Below, piece by piece: positions 54,601 to 64,000 of a DNA stretch of 64,000 nt. Each line of letters begins with the position of its first letter. Positions within the stretch are counted from its first letter, which is position 1. The DNA comes from Chloroflexota bacterium (lineage in GTDB: Bacteria > Chloroflexota > UBA11872 > VXOZ01): positions 2,688,001 to 2,752,000 of the forward strand of contig OY760183.1 in the NCBI GenBank assembly GCA_963663275.1, given 5' to 3'. The notes beneath the pieces are model-generated. The model had not been told where the DNA came from, made no database searches, and saw only the letters and a list, made by a program, of their open reading frames with translations. Both the position numbers and the translations under genes were made by a program.

Positions 54601-55668
54601 ATGCCTGAACGAACATTGCGTGTTGGCGTCATAGGCGCGGGCGGCATCGCCCGGGGCGCGCACGTTCCCGGCTATCGTCAAACCGGACGGGCCGAAGTCA
54701 CGGCCGTCTGCGACGTGAACGCGGCGGCCGCGCGGGCGTTCGCCGAGAGCCAGGACGTCCCCCGCCACTACCCGAGTGTTGACGCCATGCTGGAGCGGGA
54801 GGAATTGGACGTCGTCAGCATCTGCACGTCCAACGACGCGCACCATCCCGCCGCCATGGCCGCCATCGCGCTGGGACTGCACGTCTTTTGCGAAAAGCCG
54901 TTGGCGCTGAACTTCGGGCAAGCGCGGGAGATGTACCAGGCCGCCCAGGCGCGGGGCGTCGTCACCGGCATCAACTTCACCTACCGCACATTTCCCGCCG
55001 CTCGCTACGTGAAGGAACTTACCGAGCAGCGGCCGTTCGGCGACGTCAAGCACTTCAGCATCGAGTACTACCAAAGCTACTCGGTAGATCCGAAGCGGAC
55101 GCTGGAGTGGCGCTTTCAAAAGAAACTCACCGGCACCGGCGCGTTGGCGGACCTGGGCTCCCACGCCACCGACCTGGCGCTCTGGATGGCGGGCGGCATT
55201 GCCGGCGTGCGCGGCCACATGGCGACGTTCATCCACGAACGTCCGCTGCAGGACGGCTCCGGCATGGGCACGGTGGACGTGGACGACTCCACCACCTTTC
55301 TCGCCGAATACGAAAACGGCGCTACCGGCGTGGTGGACGCCACGCGCTTTGCCACCGGCCGCGCCAATCACCAGCGCATCTCGATCTATGGGGACAAGGG
55401 CTCGCTGGTCTACCAGAACGGCCCGGAGCCGCGCATCGAGGTTTCCGCGAAACCGTTTAGCAAGGACGGTTCTACCGTGCTCGCGCCGGTGCCGCCGCGC
55501 CTGGCCGAAAGCCCGCGTTCGCACGTGCCGGCCTTCGTGAATACGATCCTCGACGGCGCGCCGGTCGATTTTCCCACGTTCGAGGACGGCCTGCGCACCC
55601 AGGAGGTGCTCGAAGCCGCCGAAGTCTCCCACCTGGAAGACCGCTGGGTGTCCCTGCCGCTGCCGTAA
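54601..55668 (+). CDS. Gfo/Idh/MocA family oxidoreductase
   Basis: GVIGAGGIA, CEKPLA and GALADLGSH motifs. Confidence 0.93.
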   Translation: MPERTLRVGVIGAGGIARGAHVPGYRQTGRAEVTAVCDVNAAAARAFAESQDVPRHYPSVDAMLEREELDVVSICTSNDAHHPAAMAAIALGLHVFCEKPLALNFGQAREMYQAAQARGVVTGINFTYRTFPAARYVKELTEQRPFGDVKHFSIEYYQSYSVDPKRTLEWRFQKKLTGTGALADLGSHATDLALWMAGGIAGVRGHMATFIHERPLQDGSGMGTVDVDDSTTFLAEYENGATGVVDATRFATGRANHQRISIYGDKGSLVYQNGPEPRIEVSAKPFSKDGSTVLAPVPPRLAESPRSHVPAFVNTILDGAPVDFPTFEDGLRTQEVLEAAEVSHLEDRWVSLPLP

Positions 55669-55694
55669 CGAGCGGCGATGGCGCGAGACCCGGC

Positions 55695-56591
55695 TTAATC
55701 ACCGTCGCCCTGTTGCCTGTCCGGTGGCGGCCGCCGGGCAGTCTCGGCGGTGTGCAGGCGCACGTCCCGCCGCGGGAACGGAATCTCGATGCCCTTCTCC
55801 CGGAAGGTCGCGCAAACCGTGTGGTGTAGGTCGCTCACCGTCTGGAAGCGGTCGCTCAGGTCGGCAACCCAGGCGATCACCCAGAAGTCGAGCGCGGAGT
55901 CGTCGAACGCGCGAAAGTAGACGCGCGGTTCCGGCTCTTCCAGAACAGCCGGATGGCAGCGCACGATGTCGAAGAGCGTCTCCTCCACCAGTTTCGTATC
56001 GGCGCTATAGGAGACGTGTACGCTGAAGTCCAGCCGGATGCGCCGGTCGTCCAGCGACCAGTTGATCACCACGGAAGAGAGCAGGTCGGCGTTCGGCACC
56101 ACCGCCTGGGTGTGGTCGAACTTGCGCAAGGTCGTGGACCGCGCCCCCAGGTGCTCGACGGTGCCGAGTTGGCCGTTCACTTCGATTACGTCTCCGATCC
56201 CCACCTTGATGGGACGCTCCGCCAGCAAGATGAGACCGGAGACGAAGTTGTTGACGATGCTCTGCAATCCGAAGCCAATGCCAATGCCCAACGCGCCCAA
56301 CACGACCAAGATGGCATTGAGATCGAACCCAAGCGTCCGGAAGCCAATGTACCAGCCGACGATGAGAATGAGGTAGTGCAGCATCGCGCCCACCGCGTAC
56401 TGCACCGGCGCTTCCGGTTGCTCGTCCGGCACGGCGCGTTCCTGGAATATCCGCCGCACCCGGCGCGCGATTGCCCACGTTGCGCCCAGGATGACGACCA
56501 GGACGATGAGGCTCTTTATGTCTACCGTCGTCTCGTTGATCGTCAGCAGCGTCGCGTCGAGCACGCGCCACAGCATTTCCAATATCTCCAC
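55695..56591 (-). CDS. Small-conductance mechanosensitive channel (MscS family)
   Basis: GIGIGFGLQSIVNNFVSGLILL, VVPN, INWS and GIEIPFP motifs. Confidence 0.93.
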   Translation of the reverse strand: MEILEMLWRVLDATLLTINETTVDIKSLIVLVVILGATWAIARRVRRIFQERAVPDEQPEAPVQYAVGAMLHYLILIVGWYIGFRTLGFDLNAILVVLGALGIGIGFGLQSIVNNFVSGLILLAERPIKVGIGDVIEVNGQLGTVEHLGARSTTLRKFDHTQAVVPNADLLSSVVINWSLDDRRIRLDFSVHVSYSADTKLVEETLFDIVRCHPAVLEEPEPRVYFRAFDDSALDFWVIAWVADLSDRFQTVSDLHHTVCATFREKGIEIPFPRRDVRLHTAETARRPPPDRQQGDGD

Positions 56592-56688
56592 ACGCGCCTC
56601 CGTGCGCCAGCGCGCTCACGCGGCGAACGCCATGGGCGGCACACCGCTTGCCGAGCCGCCGTAAAATCACCCCAAACCGGCTCTACCG

Positions 56689-58809
56689 CTACGCCCGCCG
56701 CGCCCAGGCGGAGAGCGCGGCGAGCGCCTCGGCGCGGGTCGTTCGCGTCTGGATCCGCAGGCGCTTGCGCGCGTCGAGTCGCTTGAAGACCTTCTCCGTT
56801 GGCGCAAAGGTCTCGTCCGTGTCCTGCGGGGTGACTGTTTCGCCAATTGCATCCGTTGGATTGACGATGAGCGTAGCCCGCGGCGCGAGCGCGCCCACCA
56901 GACTTGGCAAGTCGTAATGCAGGAGCACGCCGGGCAGGAAACTGCTGGCGGGCACGGTATAGTCACCCGCGCGCGTGATATGGCGATACGAGGCGAGCGT
57001 CTCATACGCCGCTACCGAACCGATACGCTCATCGAGCGCGGCGGCGTGGAGCGCCACCAGTCCGCCGCCGCCCTGGCCGAGCATGGACACGCGCTCCGCT
57101 TGCACGTCGGGACGCTCCACAACCAGATCGACGCAGCGAACGGCATCGGTAACGCGCTGGGTCAGCGGCCACTCGCCTAGGAAGTAGCCCAGGTACGCCA
57201 GGCGCGAGTCATTGCCGAGCAAGGCCGTATCCTCGGGCCGGTAGACCACCTCCGGCTTCCAGCGGGTCTCGCCCCAGCCGCGCAGGTCCATGGCAAAGAC
57301 CAAGCTGCCGGCGCGGGCCAACTCGGCGGCAATGCCGTACTCGTGGGCTTCAGCGTCTTTGCCACCGTCGTGCGCGTAGATGAGCGCGGGATGCGGCCCC
57401 GCGCCCGGTGGATGGAAGACCAGGCCGGGCACGGGCAGGTCAACCTCGCTCTCGAAGTAGACCTCTTCCACCCGCAAGCCGCCGATGGTGCGCGCGCCTA
57501 CCGCTTGCAGCGCGCCCGCGGCCGGCGATGCCCGGTAGTCGAGCGCCGCGCGCGCCGCCGCGCGCACGTCCTCCTGATACTGCGCCGCTTCCTTCTTCTT
57601 GGCCAGTTTCGGGACGGCCGGCGCGAGTTCCTGCGCGCGCTTCTCATTCAGCGAAACCACCGTCTCGTTCCGGTCTGTCAGAAGCACTTGTCCGGACGCT
57701 GTGCACCACAGGGTTTCCGGCGCTTCCGCCGTGAACGGGGCCTCCGTCACCGGTCCCGGCTCGTCCTTCAGCCAGCGGTTGAACCAGGCGTACATGGCCT
57801 CCCGCATGGGTTGGTTGTAGTCGTGGTGCGCCGGCGTTTCCACCATGTTTGCCCGCTCCGGCACGCCGAGGGCGGTGTAGCAGTCCAACACGTCGGCGTA
57901 GACGTCCCGCGCGCCAATCAATGGGAAAAAGTCATAGATCGTGGACATGATCTGCATGGGCAGCGGCGCGCGGCACATCAGCAGGTCGGCCATCTCCAGG
58001 TCGTCGGGATAGCTGCGCACCGGGTCCTGGCACGGATCGCCGATCTGGCCTTTGGAGTGCATCCGCTCATAGGTGGCGGTCGAGCACACCGGCGCCGCCG
58101 CCGTGATGCGCTCGTCGAAGGCGGTCAGGAACATGGTGTACGTGCCGCCGCCGGACGCGCCGGTGCAGCCGATGCGGCTGGAGTCCACGTCGGTGCGCAT
58201 CTCCAGGTAATCGAGCATTCGCACGCCGTCCCAGACCATGTGGGTGATCACCGTCTGGCCGACCAGCCAGCACGGCAGGCACGCGCCGGCGTGCTGTTCC
58301 GTGCTGCTCTCCACCGGGTTCGTGTGGGTGGCGGCATCCCAATGCTGGCTGCGCTCGCCCTGCCCGATGGGATCGTAGACCAGGGCGACGTAGCCGTTTC
58401 GCGCCAGGCCGATGCCCCGCGCCTGCACGACGGTTTCCGCCTTGCCGTCGGCCCAGTGCCCCAGGGGATTGAGCACGGCCGGCAGCGGTTCCGCAATCTC
58501 CGGTGGGCGGTAGAGATTGACCGTAACCGCAAAACCCGGCTGGCTCTCGATGAGCAGTTTCTCCACCACGTAGCCGTCGCGATCCAAAATACCCACCAGT
58601 TGCGGTTCCAGCGGCGTCCTTTCGGGGAATTGCCCCAGCGAGAGGCGGAAGTTTTCGCGCACGGCGTCTACGTGCCCCTGCCAGTCTTGCGCCGTATCGA
58701 AAGAGCGCAGTTTGCGCTTGCGCCGCCAGTTGTGCTCGCGCGCCTGCCGCAAGAGATAGCCGAAATAGGCTTCGTTCGCTCCGTTTACGCGCCCGCTCAA
58801 GACTGCCAT
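56689..58809 (-). CDS. Tandem alpha/beta-hydrolase (acetylxylan-esterase-like)
   Basis: YDPIGQGER and RIGCTGASGGGTYT in domain 1; DLRGWGET in domain 2; ATG at 58809 follows GGGAG. Confidence 0.85.
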   Translation of the reverse strand: MAVLSGRVNGANEAYFGYLLRQAREHNWRRKRKLRSFDTAQDWQGHVDAVRENFRLSLGQFPERTPLEPQLVGILDRDGYVVEKLLIESQPGFAVTVNLYRPPEIAEPLPAVLNPLGHWADGKAETVVQARGIGLARNGYVALVYDPIGQGERSQHWDAATHTNPVESSTEQHAGACLPCWLVGQTVITHMVWDGVRMLDYLEMRTDVDSSRIGCTGASGGGTYTMFLTAFDERITAAAPVCSTATYERMHSKGQIGDPCQDPVRSYPDDLEMADLLMCRAPLPMQIMSTIYDFFPLIGARDVYADVLDCYTALGVPERANMVETPAHHDYNQPMREAMYAWFNRWLKDEPGPVTEAPFTAEAPETLWCTASGQVLLTDRNETVVSLNEKRAQELAPAVPKLAKKKEAAQYQEDVRAAARAALDYRASPAAGALQAVGARTIGGLRVEEVYFESEVDLPVPGLVFHPPGAGPHPALIYAHDGGKDAEAHEYGIAAELARAGSLVFAMDLRGWGETRWKPEVVYRPEDTALLGNDSRLAYLGYFLGEWPLTQRVTDAVRCVDLVVERPDVQAERVSMLGQGGGGLVALHAAALDERIGSVAAYETLASYRHITRAGDYTVPASSFLPGVLLHYDLPSLVGALAPRATLIVNPTDAIGETVTPQDTDETFAPTEKVFKRLDARKRLRIQTRTTRAEALAALSAWARRA

Positions 58810-58982
58810 TTGAAGTTGCTCCCTTTTCTTACCGCGACCCAGACTACCAGCGAAATCACCACTCCTATTGTGGTCGCGGACGCGCGCCAAGCAGCGCTGT
58901 CACGCCATGATCGAAATCGCTTGTGCATTGAGAATACAACGGCTTGGATGCAGCGAGCAAAGTGTGTTACCATTTTGCCGCC

Positions 58983-60245
58983 ATGACCAGACCTCCACCA
59001 AGCGACATCCGCGCCTTCATCGAAGGCGAAGCCGCCGCAGTCGCGGACTGGCTCTTCGACCTCTGCGCCCTGGAGAGCAAACTCGGCAACGAGGCGAGAA
59101 CCCTTGCTGAGGTGATGAACGCCTTTCAGGGCCTCGGCCTGGACGTGCGGGAAGCGCCCTATCCGCCGGACATCGCCGCCAATCCCCACCACATTCCGGT
59201 GCCGGAACTCGAAGACTACCCGGATCACGTGCGCGCCAACCTGCTGGCCACGCGGCCCGGCAGCGGCGGCGGACGCAGCCTCATCTTGCAGACCCATCTC
59301 GACGTGGTGCCGGAGAGCGAGGGGCAGCGCTACGAGCGCATCCAGGACCCTGAGCGCGGCGAAATCCTCTACGCCCGCGGCAGCAACGACGCCAAAGGGC
59401 AAGCGGCGGCGCTACTGCTGGTGGCGCGGGCGCTGGCGCACTTCGGCATTGCGCTGGCCGGCGACCTGGAGTTGCAGCTTGTCACCGAGGAGGAAGTCGG
59501 CGGCAACGGCGCGCTGGCTTTCATCCACGCCGGGCATCGCGCCGACGGCGTGGTGGTCATGGAACCCTCCCTGGGCCAGATTCACCCCGCCAATCGCGGC
59601 GCGCTCTGGTTCCAAATCGGCATCGAGGGCGTCAGCATGCACATGGGGCGCATGCACGAAGGCGTCAGCGCCATCGACAAGGGCATCGCCCTCATCGCCA
59701 GTTTCAAGGAGTACGAGAAGGAACTGGTCGCCATGAGCCAGGGGTATCGCGGTTTCGAGCGTTACGAGCGCCCGGTGCAGTTGAACGTCGGCATCTTCCA
59801 GGGCGGCCACTGGCCCAGCGCCGTGGCCGGCGAGGCTCTGATCGAAGGCGGCGTCGGATTCCTGCCCAACAAGGCCATGGCCGACGTGCGCGCCGACCTG
59901 GAGCGCATCATCGCCACCCATCCCGACGAGTGGATTCGCAACCACACCACAATCGCGTTCGACAAACTGCGCAACGATTCGTTCGAAATTCCCTACGACC
60001 ATCCCCTGCCCGCCGCGCTGCACGCCGCCGCGCGGGCCAGCGGCCTGGCAAGCGAGGTCTTTGGCTGGAACGTCTCCTGCGACGCCCGGCTCTACGCCCG
60101 CGTCGCTAATCTGCCCGTCGTCGTCTTTGGCCCGGGCGACCTCGCCACCGCCCACGGCCCCCACGAGCACTTTGCGGTCGCGGACATGGTGGACGCCGCC
60201 TGCGCGCTGACACAGTTCGTGCAAGATTGGTGCGGAGTGGGTTAG
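58983..60245 (+). CDS. M20 family metallohydrolase (ArgE/DapE-like deacylase)
   Basis: THLDVV, RGSNDAKG, EEEVGGNG, EP and AHGPHE motifs. Confidence 0.92.
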   Translation: MTRPPPSDIRAFIEGEAAAVADWLFDLCALESKLGNEARTLAEVMNAFQGLGLDVREAPYPPDIAANPHHIPVPELEDYPDHVRANLLATRPGSGGGRSLILQTHLDVVPESEGQRYERIQDPERGEILYARGSNDAKGQAAALLLVARALAHFGIALAGDLELQLVTEEEVGGNGALAFIHAGHRADGVVVMEPSLGQIHPANRGALWFQIGIEGVSMHMGRMHEGVSAIDKGIALIASFKEYEKELVAMSQGYRGFERYERPVQLNVGIFQGGHWPSAVAGEALIEGGVGFLPNKAMADVRADLERIIATHPDEWIRNHTTIAFDKLRNDSFEIPYDHPLPAALHAAARASGLASEVFGWNVSCDARLYARVANLPVVVFGPGDLATAHGPHEHFAVADMVDAACALTQFVQDWCGVG

Positions 60246-60270
60246 TGCCCTTTCACAGTGTCGTTGATTG

Positions 60271-60452
60271 AGCAACGTTCGCCCTGAGCCAGGTCGAAGG
60301 GTGAACGTTGCTGTAGGGAATTGTCGCTCTTGCGCTAGATCCGCCGTTCATGCTTCGACAAGCTCAGCACGAACGGCTCAGAGAGAGATTGCGAACGCCC
60401 AATAAGAAGTGAGTTCGCGAACACCCAGTGAGAAGCGAGTTCGCGAACGCCC
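60271..60452. repeat. Family D REP doublet followed by a 26-bp tandem repeat
   Basis: Hairpins at 60271-60312 and 60343-60377; GCGAAC(G/A)CCCA..AGAAG.GAGTTC units at 60391, 60417 and partial at 60443. Confidence 0.78.
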
Positions 60453-60528
60453 TGCGAAGAGGAAGTAAGCAGAAACTCAAATACACTAACTCAGCTCACC
60501 GCTGCCTCGTGAACCAGGTGAGAGTCTC

Positions 60529-61173
60529 ATGGCAAGCATAGAGAACATTGGAGAAGACAGCCGCAGAATCTGGGAGGCGCTGGCCTTCATCCTGCACCGC
60601 GTCTACGAGCCGTTGGAAGAGGCCGGCGCCGAGTGGGCCGTCATCGGCGGCGCGGCCTCGGCCTTGCAGGACATAGCGGTCAGCCCTAACGAACTGCGCA
60701 TCCTCACCGCCCCGGACGCGTTCGACCTCTGGTCCGGCCACCTGTGGGACTGGCTGGACGATGAACCCGACGTCCGCGAACCGGAACGAGCCAGGCTCAC
60801 CCTCACGGTAGAACACGCGCCGGTCACCGTCTTCGTGCGCGAACCCCGCGCCAACGAACAAGGTATACTGCTAGAGGGCATCGGCGGGGCGCTGTGGGGC
60901 GTGGTGGGTAGAGTGCGTTTTCAAAATTGGCTCGTGCCCGTAGCGCCGTTGGAGGTGCAATTCGCCTCCGCGGTGGGGCGCATGGTGCGCGACCCCTCCC
61001 GGCCCTCGTGGCAGCGGCTGGCCGAAAAGCTGGCGCGGGCGCTCTACGCCAATGGATACTACCGCGAATTGATCGAAGAAGCGCTCAGTCCGTACGGCGC
61101 GCAGGCGGCCGGCGTCGCCCTTGATTTGATCCGCGCGCAAGCGGCGCCAAGGCCGTCACGCTCGCTCCGCTGA
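60529..61173 (+). CDS. Hypothetical protein with degenerate nucleotidyltransferase-like fold
   Basis: WAVIGGAASALQDIAVSPNELRILT resembles the hG[GS]...DxD signature, with the aspartates replaced. Confidence 0.65.
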   Translation: MASIENIGEDSRRIWEALAFILHRVYEPLEEAGAEWAVIGGAASALQDIAVSPNELRILTAPDAFDLWSGHLWDWLDDEPDVREPERARLTLTVEHAPVTVFVREPRANEQGILLEGIGGALWGVVGRVRFQNWLVPVAPLEVQFASAVGRMVRDPSRPSWQRLAEKLARALYANGYYRELIEEALSPYGAQAAGVALDLIRAQAAPRPSRSLR

Positions 61174-61306
61174 CGTTCCGACGACAGGAGCATTGCTTAG
61201 TTTCACAGTGAGTGCGCTCACACAGTCATAGGCGTGCGCCGGCCGTGAACGCGGCGCGGGCCCCACACTTCATGCGGCGCAAGTAAATCCAGGAGGTAGC
61301 AATCCC

Positions 61307-62389
61307 ATGGCAGACGCGATCCGCATCGGTGTCATCGGCACCGGTGTTTTTGGCATTAGTCACCTGCGTGTCTTCAAACAGGCGCAGAATGAAGGCCGTA
61401 CCGTGCTGGTGGCGGCGTGCTCGTCCGGGCGCGACCCGGCGCGGGACCAGGAGCGCAAGGATGAATTCGGCATCCCCATCTACACCGACTGGCGCGAGAT
61501 GCTCGATAAAGAGTCGCTCGACGCCGTCACCATCGTCACGCCGGACCACCTCCACCGCGAAATGACCGTCGAGGCCGCCAACCGGGGCCTGCACGTGCTC
61601 GTGGAAAAACCGTTGGATGTCACCAGCGACGGCTGCCGCGCGATTGTGGACGCCTGCCGCGCCAACCAGGTCTTCTTGCAAGTTGACTTCCACAAGCGCT
61701 ACGACCCCTATCACCTGGCCCTGGAACGGCAGTGCAACGACGGCACCTTGGGCGAGGTGCTCTACGGCTACGTGCACATGGAAGACAAGATCGTCGTGCC
61801 GCGCGATTGGTTCCCGCACTGGGCGGGATCGACCAGCCCGGCGTGGTTCCTCGGCGTCCACTTCTACGACCTGGTGCGCTGGTGCATCAAGAAAGAGGCA
61901 ACCCGGGTCTACGCCACCGGCCAGAAGAGAAAGCTGGCGGCGGCGAACATCGATACGTTCGACGCCATCCAGGCCAAGGTAGAGTTCGAGGGCGGCGCCA
62001 GCGTCTTCTTCGACACCGGCTGGGTGCTGCCCGACACCTTCGAGGCCATCGTGAACCAGTCTATCCGCCTGGTCGGCACTGAGGGATTTGCCGAGGTGGA
62101 CAGCCAGAACCGGGGCATGGAAGCGGCAAGCTACAAGGACGGCATGAGGACGTATAACGAGGCCTTCATGCGCGAGGAAGAGGACAAGCACGGCAACGTG
62201 GTCTATCGCGGCTACGGCTACGAGAGTATCCTGGACTTCGTGGACAACCTCGAATTCTTGCATGAAGGCGGCACCATCGAGCAACTGGAAGGCCGCTACC
62301 CCAGCGGTGAGGACGCGCTGGAAGTCACCAAGATTGCGGAGGCGGTCCACAAGAGTATCGAAACCGGCGCGATCGTGTCGCTGAGGTGA
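61307..62389 (+). CDS. Gfo/Idh/MocA family oxidoreductase
   Basis: GVIGTGVFG, TPDHLH, VEKPL and DFHKRYDP motifs; SD AGGAGG. Confidence 0.93.
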   Translation: MADAIRIGVIGTGVFGISHLRVFKQAQNEGRTVLVAACSSGRDPARDQERKDEFGIPIYTDWREMLDKESLDAVTIVTPDHLHREMTVEAANRGLHVLVEKPLDVTSDGCRAIVDACRANQVFLQVDFHKRYDPYHLALERQCNDGTLGEVLYGYVHMEDKIVVPRDWFPHWAGSTSPAWFLGVHFYDLVRWCIKKEATRVYATGQKRKLAAANIDTFDAIQAKVEFEGGASVFFDTGWVLPDTFEAIVNQSIRLVGTEGFAEVDSQNRGMEAASYKDGMRTYNEAFMREEEDKHGNVVYRGYGYESILDFVDNLEFLHEGGTIEQLEGRYPSGEDALEVTKIAEAVHKSIETGAIVSLR

Positions 62390-62401
62390 GAGTTACGCGC
62401 C

Positions 62402-62977
62402 ATGGAGCAACTCTTCCCCGGTTTCTATTGTTGGCGCGCGCCGTATCGTCCCGGACGCGAGGCCTACAGCGTCTGGGTGGAAGGCGAGAGCGAGAACGTC
62501 CTCATCGACCCGTTTACGCCGGAAGACGGCCTCAGCCAATTCAGCCATCCGAGCAAGTCCATCATCGTGCTGCTGACCAACGCCAACCACGAGCGTGACG
62601 CCTCCTCGTTCAAGCTGGCGTTGCGGGCGGAGATCTGGGCGCCGGAGGCGGCGCTGGGCGACCTGGACCAAACGCCCGACCGCGTCTATAGCAGCGAAGA
62701 AGACCTGCCGTGCGGCATCCGGGCCTTTCACCTGGAAGGCTCGCACTCGCCGGGCGAAACCGCCCTGCTCGTGCCGCGCGGCCCCGGCGTGCTGGTCATC
62801 GGCGATGGCCTGGTGGCGCGTCCCGATGAGGATTGGCGCGTCTTTCAGGAGCACGAACGCGCCGCCCTGGAGCCCTTGCGGGAACTGGCGTTCGATGCCC
62901 TCGTTACGTCCCACGGCGCGCCGGTGCCCTCCGGCGCAAAGGCAGGCCTAGTCGCATTTCTAGAGGTGCAGAGTTGA
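62402..62977 (+). CDS. Metallo-beta-lactamase-fold protein
   Basis: VLIDP, LTNANHERD, HSPGE, IGD and SHG motifs. Confidence 0.85.
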   Translation: MEQLFPGFYCWRAPYRPGREAYSVWVEGESENVLIDPFTPEDGLSQFSHPSKSIIVLLTNANHERDASSFKLALRAEIWAPEAALGDLDQTPDRVYSSEEDLPCGIRAFHLEGSHSPGETALLVPRGPGVLVIGDGLVARPDEDWRVFQEHERAALEPLRELAFDALVTSHGAPVPSGAKAGLVAFLEVQS

Positions 62978-63153
62978 AACCGCTATCAAGTTGCAGTGTT
63001 AGAAGGGTATTCAACCCCGTCTGTTGACCGAAAACTACGCTAAACTATGGTAACTTCCCTAATTTTGCTATAAATGAGTGGTGGTGAATAACGCTCCACA
63101 TCAAGCGTCACATTCAGTTTACCAAGCGACAACCGTCACAGGAGGAGAATACA

Positions 63154-64000
63154 GTGAAGACCAGCGCCCGATTGCGCGGCCCGATTATCAACACCGAGTT
63201 GCCCGGCCCGCGCTCGCGCGAGATCAAGGAAATCTCCGAGCAATACGAGCCCAACGCTTCCAGCGAGCAAGTGCCGATCGTGTGGAAGAGCGCGGAGGGC
63301 GTGTGGGCGACCGACATGGACGACAACACGTTCCTGGACTTCACCAGCGGCGTGCTCGTCGCCAACGCCGGACACAGCCACCCCCGCCTGGTGCGCGCCA
63401 TGCGGGAGCAGGCGGAGCGCGCGGTAAACACGTACGACTTTCTCAACGAATGGCGGCCGCAGCTTGCCAGGAAACTGGTCGAAATCACGCCGCCGAATCT
63501 CTCCCGCGCCATCGTGCTCTCCACCGGCGCGGAAACGATTGAAACGGCCATGAAGATCGCGCGCCTCTACACCGGCAAGCACGAAATCGTGGCCTTCCAC
63601 GGCGCGTTCCATGGCCGCACCTTTGGCGCTATGTCGGTAAACGGCAAGCGTTCCAGCCCGGGCATTAAAGGGTTTGGGCCGTTCCTGCCCGGCGTTGTAT
63701 TCGCGCCGTTCCCCTATCCTTACCGCAGCATCCTCTGCCGCGGCCATGAAGACGAGTGCAGCGAACGCAGCTTCGAGTACTTCAAGTGGATCATCGAGAC
63801 GGAATCCGAGAAAGACATCGCCGCCGTGCTGGTTGAAACCTATCAAGGCTCGGCCGGTTCGATCATCGCCCCCAAGGATTGGCTGCAGATGATCGCGCAA
63901 TGGTGCCAAGAAAACGGCGCGGTGCTCATCATCGACGAGGTGCAGGCATCGTTCGGACGCACCGGCAAGCTCTTCGGCTTCGAGCACTACGGCATCGAGC
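63154..64000 (+). CDS. Class III PLP aminotransferase, 4-aminobutyrate-transaminase-like (runs off window end)
   Basis: Not in the ORF track. GTG at 63154 follows GGAGGAG; TELPGPRS, LDFTSG, GHSHP, STGAE, FHGRT and IDEVQASFGRTG motifs. Confidence 0.92.
   Translation, partial: MKTSARLRGPIINTELPGPRSREIKEISEQYEPNASSEQVPIVWKSAEGVWATDMDDNTFLDFTSGVLVANAGHSHPRLVRAMREQAERAVNTYDFLNEWRPQLARKLVEITPPNLSRAIVLSTGAETIETAMKIARLYTGKHEIVAFHGAFHGRTFGAMSVNGKRSSPGIKGFGPFLPGVVFAPFPYPYRSILCRGHEDECSERSFEYFKWIIETESEKDIAAVLVETYQGSAGSIIAPKDWLQMIAQWCQENGAVLIIDEVQASFGRTGKLFGFEHYGIE

Noticed and set aside
61208-61221. LacI-like operator GTGAGTGCGCTCAC
   Set aside because: A single imperfect palindrome with no regulator nearby; could be chance.
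1-64000. Prophage, integron, defence island or autonomous transposase/RAYT gene
   Set aside because: No integrase, transposase, phage, restriction or toxin-antitoxin genes were recognisable in any frame.

Overview
A high-GC bacterial chromosomal window, most likely Chloroflexota (inferred from gene content and repeat families, not proven). Housekeeping genes (thiL-tsaE-tsaB-rimI-tsaD, thiD, dnaN, infC with an ATA start, pdxS/pdxT, obgE, Nif3) are interleaved with many catabolic paralogs: four Gfo/Idh/MocA oxidoreductases, two SDRs, two sugar-phosphate isomerase/epimerases, a sulfatase, a phosphodiesterase, a PfkB kinase, a sugar ABC transporter, M42 and M20 peptidases and a class III aminotransferase. 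A mobA / fdh / nuoEF / Fe-S / fdhD locus encodes a selenocysteine formate dehydrogenase (in-frame TGA at 45024 plus SECIS). The ORF track splits this gene, and its Fe4S4 domain sits on a separate gene. The strongest non-genic signal is a nested system of small mobile elements. Four kinds of 140-180 bp MITEs (seven copies) have IS-like terminal inverted repeats, five copies have exact target-site duplications, and each wraps a pair of REP-like hairpins; three of the four kinds sit inside other REP-like hairpins. Other candidates are a 6S-like structured ncRNA near 3953-4126, a membrane-anchored ECF sigma factor fused to a beta-propeller, and a possible GTA start for thiL. I saw no transposase, CRISPR array, tRNA or rRNA. 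All calls come from motif recognition by eye; no database search was run.
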